A stretch of 61,516 nt of DNA, taken from a virus (lineage: Duplodnaviria; Caudoviricetes). Of the stretch, positions 26,944 through 35,595 are shown one piece after another (the stretch's first letter is position 1; each line of letters opens with the position of its first letter). Under the pieces are notes generated by a model, which was not told the origin of the DNA, ran no database searches, and saw nothing but the letters and a program-made list of their open reading frames with translations. The stretch covers positions 1 through 61,516 of IMG/VR virus record IMGVR_UViG_3300036045_000009; one strand, 5' to 3'. A program made the position numbers and the translations under genes.

Positions 26944-28429
26944 CCTCGAAAGTCGGGGCCCATCCATCGAATCCCCTTGGGGACGCCATAGATAGGCCCA
27001 CGGCGGTCCGGTAGTACAGGCGGCAGCCGAGGTCCTTATCGAGGACCACGCGGTCGACGAGCGACGGCAGGGCCTTCCGCGGCCCCCCAAGTTCCAGTAG
27101 CAGGGCCCGCAGTTTCGTTGGCGTCATCGCCTTCGCCTGCTTATGCAGGGCCGACTCCGCCTCCATTTCCGCGAGCTCGGCGCGCAGTGCCGCGATCTGG
27201 CTCGAGCGCTCTTCGACAAGCCTTGAGAACGTGCCGCCGTCGTCGACAGTCAGTGCGAACGCAGCCGCGCGGCTCTTCTCTTTGTCGAGTTGAATGAGCC
27301 GCTCGCGCAGCGGCTTGCCGGGGTCTGCGGCGAGCCCCGTCGATCGCGCGGCCGCGATCAGTCCGGCGAGGAACTCGTCGGACCGGATGTCCTCCGTTAC
27401 CTTCGTCAGCACCGCGCGGTCGACGACCTCGCACGGGACCAGCTTGCCGGGGCCGTTCGCCGATCGGCGCAGTTTGTAGTACCGCCCGCCCTTGCCCGTC
27501 CACGCCGCGCCGTCCGGCGTGACGAGCAACCCCGTGAGCAGGTACGACGACGCCGCGGCCTTCGCTCTCGACACCGCAGCGCCAACGGGGCTGGTCATCA
27601 GGCGAGCGAGAATGCTCTCGGCATCGGCGTCCGTTATCAGCGCCTCGTGCGTGTCTCGATGCACGACCCATTCCTCACGCGATCGCCGCTTCGTGCCGTG
27701 GCCAGGCTCCTTGTGCACGTTCCACACCGTGTGGCCGGCGTACGTCAGCGCGTTCCACTCCACACCGATCAACGAGGACGGATTGCAGGTGAGGCCCAGG
27801 GACTTCATCGTGACATTGCGCGGTTGTCCGCTGGCTCGCGCCTTGAGATAGCGCCGCATGCGCTCGGCGTCCGCCCCGCGCACGAGCGTCGACTTCATCA
27901 CCGGCTTTCCGTCGCGCATGGCGCCGGTCGCCGTGTGTTTCAGCCGGTAGCCCATCGGCGCGCGCCCGCCAGCCCGAAAGCCGCGCGCGACGTTTTCCCG
28001 CATGCCCATGAGCCCCTTGTCGCGACTCATCAGCGACAGCACTTCGTCCATCGCCTCGAACGAGCTCTCAAGGATTACTTCGGCAATGGGGTCGACGTCG
28101 GCGGGCATACGCGCGTACACGATGGCGACGCCCCGCCGCCGGGCCTGATGCTTGAACGCCTGGGCGATGTAGCGGCGGCGCGCGAGGCGCGATGTGTCAT
28201 AGATGAGCAGTGTGTCCCACCCGCGCTGTGGGTCTTTCAGCGCTGCGAGTAGGTCGACGAAACCGGGACGACGATCCGAAGAGCCTGACTCTACCGCGTC
28301 CTCGAACTCGCGAGCGATCCGCAGCCCGCGTGCCTTCGCAAGTGCCGCGAGCTCGCGCCGCTGCGCGCTGATCGAGACATCACTGCGGTCCTTGCTGCTG
28401 CGCAGGTACGTGGCTGCGTTGTGGCTCAT
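26924..28429 (-). CDS. Large serine recombinase (phage integrase)
   Basis: YLRSS catalytic Ser, SISAQ, ESGSSDRRPGF, DTSRLAR, GGRAPMGY, HEALI and YLLTGLL motifs. Confidence 0.93.
   Translation of the reverse strand: MSHNAATYLRSSKDRSDVSISAQRRELAALAKARGLRIAREFEDAVESGSSDRRPGFVDLLAALKDPQRGWDTLLIYDTSRLARRRYIAQAFKHQARRRGVAIVYARMPADVDPIAEVILESSFEAMDEVLSLMSRDKGLMGMRENVARGFRAGGRAPMGYRLKHTATGAMRDGKPVMKSTLVRGADAERMRRYLKARASGQPRNVTMKSLGLTCNPSSLIGVEWNALTYAGHTVWNVHKEPGHGTKRRSREEWVVHRDTHEALITDADAESILARLMTSPVGAAVSRAKAAASSYLLTGLLVTPDGAAWTGKGGRYYKLRRSANGPGKLVPCEVVDRAVLTKVTEDIRSDEFLAGLIAAARSTGLAADPGKPLRERLIQLDKEKSRAAAFALTVDDGGTFSRLVEERSSQIAALRAELAEMEAESALHKQAKAMTPTKLRALLLELGGPRKALPSLVDRVVLDKDLGCRLYYRTAVGLSMASPRGFDGWAPTFEVTVKVA
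26967..26988 (+). mobile_element. Putative attP core equal to the 3' end of tRNA-Glu
   Basis: TCGAATCCCCTTGGGGACGCCA matches the proteobacterial tRNA-Glu T-loop/acceptor end including CCA (one mismatch to the E. coli sequence as recalled); no upstream tRNA body. Confidence 0.8.
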
Positions 28430-28544
28430 CGGTAGGGCGCTTCTCCATCAGTTCCAACACGAGTGGCAGCACGACGAGCGGATCGGGCGCGCCGACCGAC
28501 GGCAACATCGTGACTTGATGAGTGTGCCGCTTCTTTTCAGGCAT
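28380..28544 (-). CDS. Small protein (54 aa) overlapping the integrase start; possible directionality factor
   Basis: ATG directly follows the MTase TAA; MPEKKRHTHQVTMLP...; function inferred only from position. Confidence 0.4.
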   Translation of the reverse strand: MPEKKRHTHQVTMLPSVGAPDPLVVLPLVLELMEKRPTDEPQRSHVPAQQQGPQ

Positions 28545-30584
28545 TTATGGCTCGCCGCCGGCAGCCGAAAGCGGCTCTTCGTGCGACAACGCGAGCCCGT
28601 GCTGTTGACCGCGATGCGTCGCAAGCATCGCCGCGTACTCGCCGTTGATCTCGCAACCGATGAATTGACGGCCGAGTTCGAGCGCGACCTGTGCGGTCGT
28701 GCCGCTGCCCATGAATGGATCGAGAATGACATCGCCTGGGCGAGAGCCAGCGAGTATGCAGCGCCGCGGAAGATTGCGCGGGAACGTGGCGAAGTGCCCC
28801 CCACCGAACGGTTCGGACGGCATCGTCCACACCGAGCGAGCATTGCGCTGAGTCACCAGCCCGGCGACAGCGCCGCTGAAACTCTCGTTCTGACGCGGGC
28901 GGCCGAACTTCGTCCCATCGCCCGTTGACTTCGACTTTGCATGCGCTGCGGGCGTGTGCGGCCCATCGCCACGTGCCCATCCCGCGGCCTTCGGGTTCAC
29001 GCCTCGGCCGCGCGCATTGGCGGTGCCGCTCACCGGCTCTGCGATCGCGGCAGCGTCGTAGTGGTAAGTCTCAGACTTCGCCAACAGGAAGATGTACTCG
29101 TGGGATTTCGTCGGTCGATCCTTGATCGACTCTGGCATCGGATTCGGCTTGCAGTTGTGCGTAAGGACTCCGGATGCCAGCGCAAATAAGTGCGGATTAT
29201 CCTCGACTGCGATGTCCCAAAATCCGCGGGCTCGACTGAGGCGAATCTCTGAAATCTCGCCGCGGTCCGCCTCGTTCCAGTGTCCGCTGCGCTTCCATCG
29301 CCATTCACCTCGGAAGGTTGGTGCATCGCCGTTCTGATAACTCGCCGTTTCGGGCCAGAGCGCCAGCGTCGCGCCGAGCCGCGCAGCGGCTGTACGCAGG
29401 TCGCGTTCAAGCGAATAGTTTCGGCAGAAGCCGAGGCGCCAACGGGCGTTTGCTGTGTCGTCGTGACCGTCTCCATCGAGATAGCCTTGCACTACGCGCA
29501 TCAGAGCGTCGTTTGGTAGACGCCATGCGGCGACCTTCAAGTGCTTGTCGATGGCGACCGATCCGCCGATGTATGCGTCAATTAGCGAGTGCAGGACCGC
29601 CCCGTAGATTCTTACCGCAAGCGATCTTCCTGTAATGGTGTGGCTGCAAGATCCGCCGTAGTGCTTCGCAATCGCCTCGATGCGAGGAAGCCAATCTTGC
29701 TCGTCAGCAGACAGCGACAATTGACGCGCGTTCGCGTTCCCGCTGCGACTTCCCTCAGCAAGATACAATCCGATCAGCCACAGCGCGTCGTTGGTGATGT
29801 ATGTTGGACGCTCGCAATCATCCGGCTCTGGCAACTTGCATGACCGTATGATGTCGCCAACACGCAGGTCGCGTGCCATTACATTGCCACGCTGCGTGGG
29901 CCAGAGATGTCCGCCCGTACAACCGATGCGCTCTCCGGATCGCAGCACGAGTTCGATGCGCTTTTTGTCGTTGTTGCTCGGCCCCCATCCGAGCACGCCC
30001 GTCCACTTCTCGCCGTTCCACAGACGCACTGTCTTTGGGTTAAGGCGCACCAGGTCTTTCACCATCACGGGCATGTCACCTTTCTGTGTGCGCGCGTAAA
30101 CCCAGGCGCCCCCGGAAAGGCACCACACGATGTCGCTTCGCAAGTACCAACCCGCGTCCTGCAGCGCGAAGGCAACGCGCCACGGCTGTCCCATCAGGTC
30201 CTTCGCTTTGAGCCCGGCCGGAGGCCTCCGATTGGCCTCGCGCATGGCCACGCTGTTGCGTGTTGCGGTGAAGCGCCGGTCAGAGCGCTCGCCATTCTTC
30301 CCCTGCCAGCCGGCGCCGCCGTTCTGCGCGTAACTGTCGCCCAGGTTCAGCCAGAGCGTGCCGTCGTCAACGAGCAGGTCGCGCACGAGGTCGAACACTT
30401 CGACCATCGTGTCCACCCACTCGTGCAGGCTCGGCTCGAGGCCGATCTGCCCGGCGGCTTGGTAGTCGCGGAGCCCGAAGTAGGGGGGGCTGGTCACGCA
30501 TATCTGCACCTTCACGCCGTCTGCAATCATCTTCCGCATGAGGTCTCTACAGTCGCCGACGTGTACGCGGTTGAGCCAGGTCAC
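28545..30584 (-). CDS. N4-cytosine/N6-adenine DNA methyltransferase (beta class) containing an intein
   Basis: VTSPPY catalytic motif, KSHEYIFL, HFATFP, DPFMGSGTT SAM-binding motif. Confidence 0.93.
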   Translation of the reverse strand: MTWLNRVHVGDCRDLMRKMIADGVKVQICVTSPPYFGLRDYQAAGQIGLEPSLHEWVDTMVEVFDLVRDLLVDDGTLWLNLGDSYAQNGGAGWQGKNGERSDRRFTATRNSVAMREANRRPPAGLKAKDLMGQPWRVAFALQDAGWYLRSDIVWCLSGGAWVYARTQKGDMPVMVKDLVRLNPKTVRLWNGEKWTGVLGWGPSNNDKKRIELVLRSGERIGCTGGHLWPTQRGNVMARDLRVGDIIRSCKLPEPDDCERPTYITNDALWLIGLYLAEGSRSGNANARQLSLSADEQDWLPRIEAIAKHYGGSCSHTITGRSLAVRIYGAVLHSLIDAYIGGSVAIDKHLKVAAWRLPNDALMRVVQGYLDGDGHDDTANARWRLGFCRNYSLERDLRTAAARLGATLALWPETASYQNGDAPTFRGEWRWKRSGHWNEADRGEISEIRLSRARGFWDIAVEDNPHLFALASGVLTHNCKPNPMPESIKDRPTKSHEYIFLLAKSETYHYDAAAIAEPVSGTANARGRGVNPKAAGWARGDGPHTPAAHAKSKSTGDGTKFGRPRQNESFSGAVAGLVTQRNARSVWTMPSEPFGGGHFATFPRNLPRRCILAGSRPGDVILDPFMGSGTTAQVALELGRQFIGCEINGEYAAMLATHRGQQHGLALSHEEPLSAAGGEP
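29154..30122 (-). mobile_element. Intein (323 aa) with LAGLIDADG homing endonuclease
   Basis: Begins CLSGG, block B CTGGHLW, LIGLYLAEGS and VQGYLDGDG, ends GVLTHN followed by Cys+1; removal restores DIVW-CKPNPMPES. Confidence 0.92.
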
Positions 30585-30811
30585 GCCTTGGTCTCGTGTT
30601 GCGCGCCCACGATTCTCTGCCCGCAGTTACGGCAGCGCCGCACTCCGCTGGTTATCGGCCCGCCGACATCCTTGTACGTCAGCCCGTGCACGATGTCGTA
30701 GATGACTTTGCGGTTGACGACGTGAAAGTCCGCCAACTTCTTGAGCCCGCAGCCAAGCCGATATTGGTGGCGGATCGTGCGAACGGTCGAGTCTGCGAAA
30801 CGGCGTCTCAC
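30581..30811 (-). CDS. Small HTH protein with C-terminal CxxC
   Basis: LKKLADFHVVNRKVIYDIVHGLTY HTH-like segment. Confidence 0.55.
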   Translation of the reverse strand: MRRRFADSTVRTIRHQYRLGCGLKKLADFHVVNRKVIYDIVHGLTYKDVGGPITSGVRRCRNCGQRIVGAQHETKA

Positions 30812-30860
30812 AACAGCGGCCGTTTGCTGCAGTCGATCAAGTCGTCGAGAGTGACGGCGC

Positions 30861-31454
30861 TCACTGGCTGAGTCTTAGGAACTCAATCACCCACACCCAC
30901 GGGTTCTCGTCCCACGAGCCGGGGCCGCTAATGGACTCCCACATTCGCCGGTAGCACTCCCGCGCCGTCGTGCCGCTCAATACTGTCCCGCACGCGAACA
31001 CGCCCTCAGCGACTGCATCCGCCTCGGTTATGTCCTGCAACCGCTGCACACGTACGTCGGTGACCCTGAGCGTGATGCGGGACATCGCACGAGGCATGTG
31101 GATAGGTGAACGCCACCCGCCATGTGCAGCGACCTTTGGCAGGCGTTTCAACTGCGCGGCGTCGAAGTCCGCGCGGTATAGGCAGTCAAAGTGCGGGGAC
31201 GAGTGCCACGTCTCCCTTACCCAGAGCGTCGTCCCACCGACACGATGCCTTGAATTGACGATATCGCCGGGTTCGCCGTAGGGGCAGCGCATCGACGTGA
31301 TGCCCCGCACTTCGTTCATGTCCACCCACGCGCCGCTTGAACTGTGGAACGGCGCAATCGGCTGCGGCTTCACCACTCGGCGCGTCTGCGACTTCCTGCC
31401 ATACAACAGAGCGCGGATCGAGGAGGCGCTGAAAATTATAGGACGCTCGTTCAC
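30861..31454 (-). CDS. Conserved phage protein, ASCH/PUA-like
   Basis: ERPIIFS, GRKSQTRR, CPYG, LWVRETW, SPIHMPR, RLQDITEADAVAEG, NPWVWVIEF. Confidence 0.8.
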   Translation of the reverse strand: MNERPIIFSASSIRALLYGRKSQTRRVVKPQPIAPFHSSSGAWVDMNEVRGITSMRCPYGEPGDIVNSRHRVGGTTLWVRETWHSSPHFDCLYRADFDAAQLKRLPKVAAHGGWRSPIHMPRAMSRITLRVTDVRVQRLQDITEADAVAEGVFACGTVLSGTTARECYRRMWESISGPGSWDENPWVWVIEFLRLSQ

Positions 31455-31648
31455 CCGCCAGCCTTCAGTTGTTGCAGTTCGATGGTGAGAGGCGCGCCGA
31501 AGTGTTGAGCCGCCTCCATCAGCGCATCGTCCAATTGCCGATACACGTCCGTCCTGAACGTGACGTTGTAAAATGAGTCGATGAACACGACCGAGAATCC
31601 TCGGAACGGGTCAATCACGAGATTTGCATGACCGGAATCCATGCTCAT
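31451..31648 (-). CDS. Hypothetical protein
   Basis: Coupled to its neighbours by 4-nt overlaps. Confidence 0.55.
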   Translation of the reverse strand: MSMDSGHANLVIDPFRGFSVVFIDSFYNVTFRTDVYRQLDDALMEAAQHFGAPLTIELQQLKAGG

Positions 31649-31896
31649 GTCTTTGCCTCCTGCTCCTTCGCGAGGGCTGCGCGGATGGCGAGGTAAAGAT
31701 CGGTTTCAGTTCGCAGGTGCGGTTGAACTCGTTGGCGATAAGCATCCATAGCGGCGTACACAGCCCCACTCGGCTCCTCCGGCATAACGACTAGCGCTGC
31801 GAGGCGCTCGATCTCGTCGGCAGCATCAGCGGCGATACTTGCGTCCGAGTGCTCGAAGCGCGCGAGGGCGCGAAGCTGATCGACGAGTGTGCTCAT
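31645..31896 (-). CDS. Hypothetical phage protein
   Basis: ADAADEIERL motif common in small early phage genes; coupled. Confidence 0.6.
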   Translation of the reverse strand: MSTLVDQLRALARFEHSDASIAADAADEIERLAALVVMPEEPSGAVYAAMDAYRQRVQPHLRTETDLYLAIRAALAKEQEAKT

Positions 31897-32174
31897 GGCA
31901 CCCCAGGATTCGCCTGCGGGAACAGCGTGCCGTCGTGCTCTTCGAGCAAACGCAGTCGAATCGTCTCTGTGCCGATGATGGTTCGCTGACTTTCAAGTAT
32001 GGCTCGGCCCTTCGCGTCGAAGCTGAAGTCAGAGTGCCCGCCTCTGTTGAAGCGCGCCGCACCGAGTCCAGCGGGGTCGCAGGGAACCTTCAGAAGCCAA
32101 ACGGGTTTTCGTTGGCCCAGCTTGTCGAAGAAGTCGAATCGTTGCCACGGATTGTCAGGCGATTCTGTGTTCAC
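31893..32174 (-). CDS. Hypothetical protein
   Basis: Coupled ORF. Confidence 0.5.
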   Translation of the reverse strand: MNTESPDNPWQRFDFFDKLGQRKPVWLLKVPCDPAGLGAARFNRGGHSDFSFDAKGRAILESQRTIIGTETIRLRLLEEHDGTLFPQANPGVP

Positions 32175-32989
32175 GCCTGCTCCTGATGTGTCGCTTCCAT
32201 TTCTGCGGCCGCGTTCTCAATCTTCGCCAGTAGTTCGGTCATCGCCGCCGCGTGCTGTCGTAACATCGTGGGCGCGGCGTGCAGACCTCCGCGCCAGTTA
32301 AGTTCTTCCAGAGACTTGACGATGCCGCCGATTGCTCCAGCGTTGTACGATTTGAGCGTGATGCCCGATGCCTTCTCGAACTCGGCCACGGCGTCGCGCA
32401 GGTCTCGGAGCTCTCGCGCGGCAATGCCGCCGGCGCGCTCTAACTGAGCCCTGTACATGCGCTCTTGTTCGCGCGTCCGTTCTTCTATGGCCGAGCGCAC
32501 ATCGGGGCTCGATATGAGATCGTCCTGCAACTTCCGCAGCAGCCCAACCGTGAATCCCCAGGGCATGTTGTCGCGGTCATTGGGCAACTTTTGCGCCGGG
32601 CGCTGCACGCGCAGCCCGTGTTTCGTCGCCGTCATCCAGCCCCAACACGCCGGGATCTCATCGACCTTCGCGACCGACGGATCGCCTGTGACCAGCCAAA
32701 AGTAGTCGCAGATGGCGACGAACGGATCGGCTTTGTTGACGTGCTTCAACTCGCGCAGCCAGTCCGAGCGAGACACTTTGAGCTCGAACGCGGAGACGTT
32801 TCGCCCCACGGACTTCCAAATCCCGATGGCAACGGCGTCGATACGTCGGCGCGCGTCGAGACTCACGGCATCGGGCACGTCGAAGAACAGGGCGTAGCGA
32901 ACGCGGTCGTACTTGGCGCGAAGCAGGTCCTCAAGCTGCGCGGTCGTCAGCTTCGGCTCGTCCTCAAGCGCCAGTTCTGGGGAACTCAT
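32171..32989 (-). CDS. MmcB-like PD-(D/E)xK nuclease-fold protein
   Basis: RRIDAVAI...FELKVSRSDWLRELK...CDYFWLV...EIPACWG. Confidence 0.75.
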   Translation of the reverse strand: MSSPELALEDEPKLTTAQLEDLLRAKYDRVRYALFFDVPDAVSLDARRRIDAVAIGIWKSVGRNVSAFELKVSRSDWLRELKHVNKADPFVAICDYFWLVTGDPSVAKVDEIPACWGWMTATKHGLRVQRPAQKLPNDRDNMPWGFTVGLLRKLQDDLISSPDVRSAIEERTREQERMYRAQLERAGGIAARELRDLRDAVAEFEKASGITLKSYNAGAIGGIVKSLEELNWRGGLHAAPTMLRQHAAAMTELLAKIENAAAEMEATHQEQA

Positions 32990-33483
32990 GTGACGCTCAT
33001 CGGCGCAAACAGGGTCAACGGCGTATCCGACCGAATGAACAGCGGATGCTTCGGGCTGCCGCCCTTGTTAAATCCGAGGCATTGGACGTCGCCGTAATTC
33101 GCGAGAAGTTTCATCACCGGCTGCGCATCCTCTTGCTTGGCATGTCGTCCCCAGGCGGCGACGATGATCTGCGCATCGGCCGCCAACTCGAACAGGTGCT
33201 CGCGGTTGTGAGGCCCGACCGGATACGGGGCATCCCACAGTGCGGCGGGATACGTCGACCGATATGCGTAGACATTGCCGACCGAAATCGAGCCGCAACC
33301 GTTGGCCTTCGCAATTCTCACGCATGCGCGGATGGTGTTGTCGTCGCGCGTGCCGTCAGCCGTACTTGGGTTCAGCATCACGAACAGCATCCGAGGTCCT
33401 TCGGCTTCCCACCGACGATGGAGCTCGTAGCGGTACTGCTTGCAATGGCTGAACAGCGCGTACCTCTTCACAAAGGTGCTCAT
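32986..33483 (-). CDS. DUF1643 family protein
   Basis: YRYELHRRW, FVMLNPSTAD, DNTIR, NVYAYRST, AAWG, PKHPL. Confidence 0.85.
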   Translation of the reverse strand: MSTFVKRYALFSHCKQYRYELHRRWEAEGPRMLFVMLNPSTADGTRDDNTIRACVRIAKANGCGSISVGNVYAYRSTYPAALWDAPYPVGPHNREHLFELAADAQIIVAAWGRHAKQEDAQPVMKLLANYGDVQCLGFNKGGSPKHPLFIRSDTPLTLFAPMSVT

Positions 33484-33662
33484 TGGAAAAGGGCCTCCGC
33501 CGTCCAATACAGCGACCCGCATTGATCGCATCCGTTGCGATAGCGCTCGCCGAACTCGCCGGGGCAGTCCTGCCATACATGGCCGCACGCAACGCAGGTC
33601 ATGCGCTGCTTCTCGTGCGCGTGGCACATGGGGCATCGGCGCGTCACTTCGGCGCTCGTCAA
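33480..33662 (-). CDS. Small Cys-rich zinc-finger protein
   Basis: CPMC, CVAC, CDQCGS. Confidence 0.55.
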   Translation of the reverse strand: MTSAEVTRRCPMCHAHEKQRMTCVACGHVWQDCPGEFGERYRNGCDQCGSLYWTAEALFQ

Positions 33663-33883
33663 GGCAGCGTTCTCCCGAGCACGCCGTACAGGTAGTCGCG
33701 CAGTACATCTGGCGCGCCGCCGTGCACGTAGAAGTGGTTGAACACGAGATCCGCAGAGGCGCGAAGGTCCAATTCACTCGGAGAATCGACGGGCTTCTTG
33801 GCGCGTGCGTCGAGCTCGCGCACTAAGTCTGAGGTATCGACATCGCCAAGGTCGACTTCCGCTCGTACGACTATCGTCGTCAC
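33659..33883 (-). CDS. Hypothetical protein
   Basis: GTG coupled start; EVDLGDVDTSDLVRELDAR. Confidence 0.55.
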   Translation of the reverse strand: MTTIVVRAEVDLGDVDTSDLVRELDARAKKPVDSPSELDLRASADLVFNHFYVHGGAPDVLRDYLYGVLGRTLP

Positions 33884-34263
33884 TGGCCGCTCCTCGCAAA
33901 CGCGACGACGCGCGCGCAGGTTTCCACATCGAACATGCCGATGTGGCAGTCTCGGTCGTCGATCCCGAGGTGCTTCGCCAGCCGACGGTACGCTTCGCTG
34001 CGGCGGATCTTGCGAGACTTCCACAGCGGATCGAACGCATCGTGCGCGCGGATTTTTGCCGCCCGCAGTTCGGCATTCGCAAGGCGCCCGAGTGGATTCT
34101 CGGTGCCGGGATGGCAACCGACGTAAGCGTCGCAGGGTGCGCAGCGCCAGAATCTCAGGCGATCGAGGTCCGGCCGGTGCGGGTAGATGGCGCTGCCGCC
34201 TACCAGTTCGGCATGGCCGCGGCAGTATTCACAGCGCACCGCTGCACGAATTGACGTGCTCAT
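33880..34263 (-). CDS. DUF3268-like zinc-finger protein
   Basis: CEYC, CAPCDAYVGCH, LGRLANAELR, AHDAFDPLW, CHIGMFD. Confidence 0.85.
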   Translation of the reverse strand: MSTSIRAAVRCEYCRGHAELVGGSAIYPHRPDLDRLRFWRCAPCDAYVGCHPGTENPLGRLANAELRAAKIRAHDAFDPLWKSRKIRRSEAYRRLAKHLGIDDRDCHIGMFDVETCARVVAFARSGQ

Positions 34264-34364
34264 GCGATCTCCATAAGGAGCCCGCGCCGCCGCCGCTGCA
34301 CACGTGTCACACCAGGGCACGGCATGACGGGGAGGATTCGCGGCGACGGCACGGGCGATTCAGT

Positions 34365-35030
34365 TCAGGCCGCGCCAGCCGCGATACTCTTCTCCGACCA
34401 CACGCGCACGCCGGGGATGTTGGCGGCGCCCTTGAGCGCGTTGACGACCGCACGCACTTTCGTCGGGTCGACGACCATGTACTCGCGAGGCACGAGCTTC
34501 TCGTCGGCGATCTCGAACCGCCAGACCTCGCGCGAGGACAACCCCGACACCTTCGGCGGCTCGCGCTGGATCACGGGGGCGACCACAGTCGCGGCACGCT
34601 CCTCCAGTTGTGCGGCCTTTTCTGGCTTGCCGGCTTCGGCCGCACGGCGCGCCTGCGCTTCGATGCGCTCGCGCTCCTTGCGTGCGGCTTCGTCGGCGCG
34701 GCGCTGCTCTTCAAGCCGGATGCGCCGCTGCTCGTCCTCGTAGCTCGTGAGCGCGCGCTTCAAGCGCATTTCGACTTCGACCAACTGTTCCGCTGGCCGT
34801 CGAAACATGTCGTTGACCGCTTTCAGGCCATCGTTGATCGGCTTCGTGATCGACACGCGCAAGGATTCGATCTTCTTCTGCGCGCCCTTCACCAGTTTCA
34901 GGTGCTCGGCGCCGGCGGTGAAGTCCTCGGCCGTGACGATCGCGTAGTCGTCTGACACGTGCGCCGCGACCTCGTTCACGAGGCTCGTGGCTTCGCGCAC
35001 TTCCGGCGCGGCGGCGAAATCAGGTTGCAT
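34365..35030 (-). CDS. Coiled-coil recombination-module protein (Gp157/Gam-like)
   Basis: Long coiled coil, then WRFEIADEKLVPREY...NIPGVRVW; adjacent to the exonuclease and annealase. Confidence 0.6.
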   Translation of the reverse strand: MQPDFAAAPEVREATSLVNEVAAHVSDDYAIVTAEDFTAGAEHLKLVKGAQKKIESLRVSITKPINDGLKAVNDMFRRPAEQLVEVEMRLKRALTSYEDEQRRIRLEEQRRADEAARKERERIEAQARRAAEAGKPEKAAQLEERAATVVAPVIQREPPKVSGLSSREVWRFEIADEKLVPREYMVVDPTKVRAVVNALKGAANIPGVRVWSEKSIAAGAA

Positions 35031-35595
35031 GGCGGTTCTTCCAATTGTTGAGGTTCAAACAACTTTGAAACATCGGCCAGTCGGTCGGCTCCGTGAACTT
35101 CGTGAATCGGTATGTGCCATCCGGGCGCAGGTGCAGTGCTGCGCGCGCGTGGCGAACCGCCATGCACTTCTCGTAGGCCGCTGTCTGGGGACCGACGGTG
35201 CGCGACAGCGTGGCAGTCGACTTGATGTCGATCAGCGTGGGGCGCTTGTTCAGCAGGCCGCGCACGTCGAGCGTGCCCGCGTAGCCGTAGACCGCGTTCG
35301 CCACCCGCTCTTCGCTCGCGGTCACGACGAAGCCGGACTCGACGAGGAACTTGTCGTACGCGCGCACGTAGGGCTCCAGTTGGCCGTCCAGCCGGTCCCA
35401 ATCGAGGACGCCTAGGTTGTGCAGGTGGCAAGCCTCGTGCACATGCCGCCCGAACTGCGCCGCGGCCTCGAGCAGGTGTTGGGGCACATGCTCGAAGTCC
35501 TCCAGAAAGCGCAGCACTTGCGTCACGCTTGGCAACTTCTTGTCGCCGAGCGTGTACGAATGCGTACTCGGCTCGAACGACAGTTCAGCGTGCAT
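35020..35595 (-). CDS. PD-(D/E)xK exonuclease
   Basis: PSVTQVL, GRHVH, YAGTLD, IDIKS, QTAAY. Confidence 0.85.
   Translation of the reverse strand: MHAELSFEPSTHSYTLGDKKLPSVTQVLRFLEDFEHVPQHLLEAAAQFGRHVHEACHLHNLGVLDWDRLDGQLEPYVRAYDKFLVESGFVVTASEERVANAVYGYAGTLDVRGLLNKRPTLIDIKSTATLSRTVGPQTAAYEKCMAVRHARAALHLRPDGTYRFTKFTEPTDWPMFQSCLNLNNWKNRHAT

Noticed and set aside
26960-26990. Possible tRNA gene
   Set aside because: Only the last 22 nt of a tRNA-Glu are present, with no D or anticodon arm; treated as an att core
28840-28856. Fifth late-promoter-like match (ATTGCGCTGAG)
   Set aside because: Imperfect, inside the MTase gene on the opposite strand, and no downstream gene
28203-28928. Plus-strand 241-aa ORF opposite the MTase and integrase
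   Set aside because: Antisense shadow of the conserved MTase C-terminal motifs; no independent support
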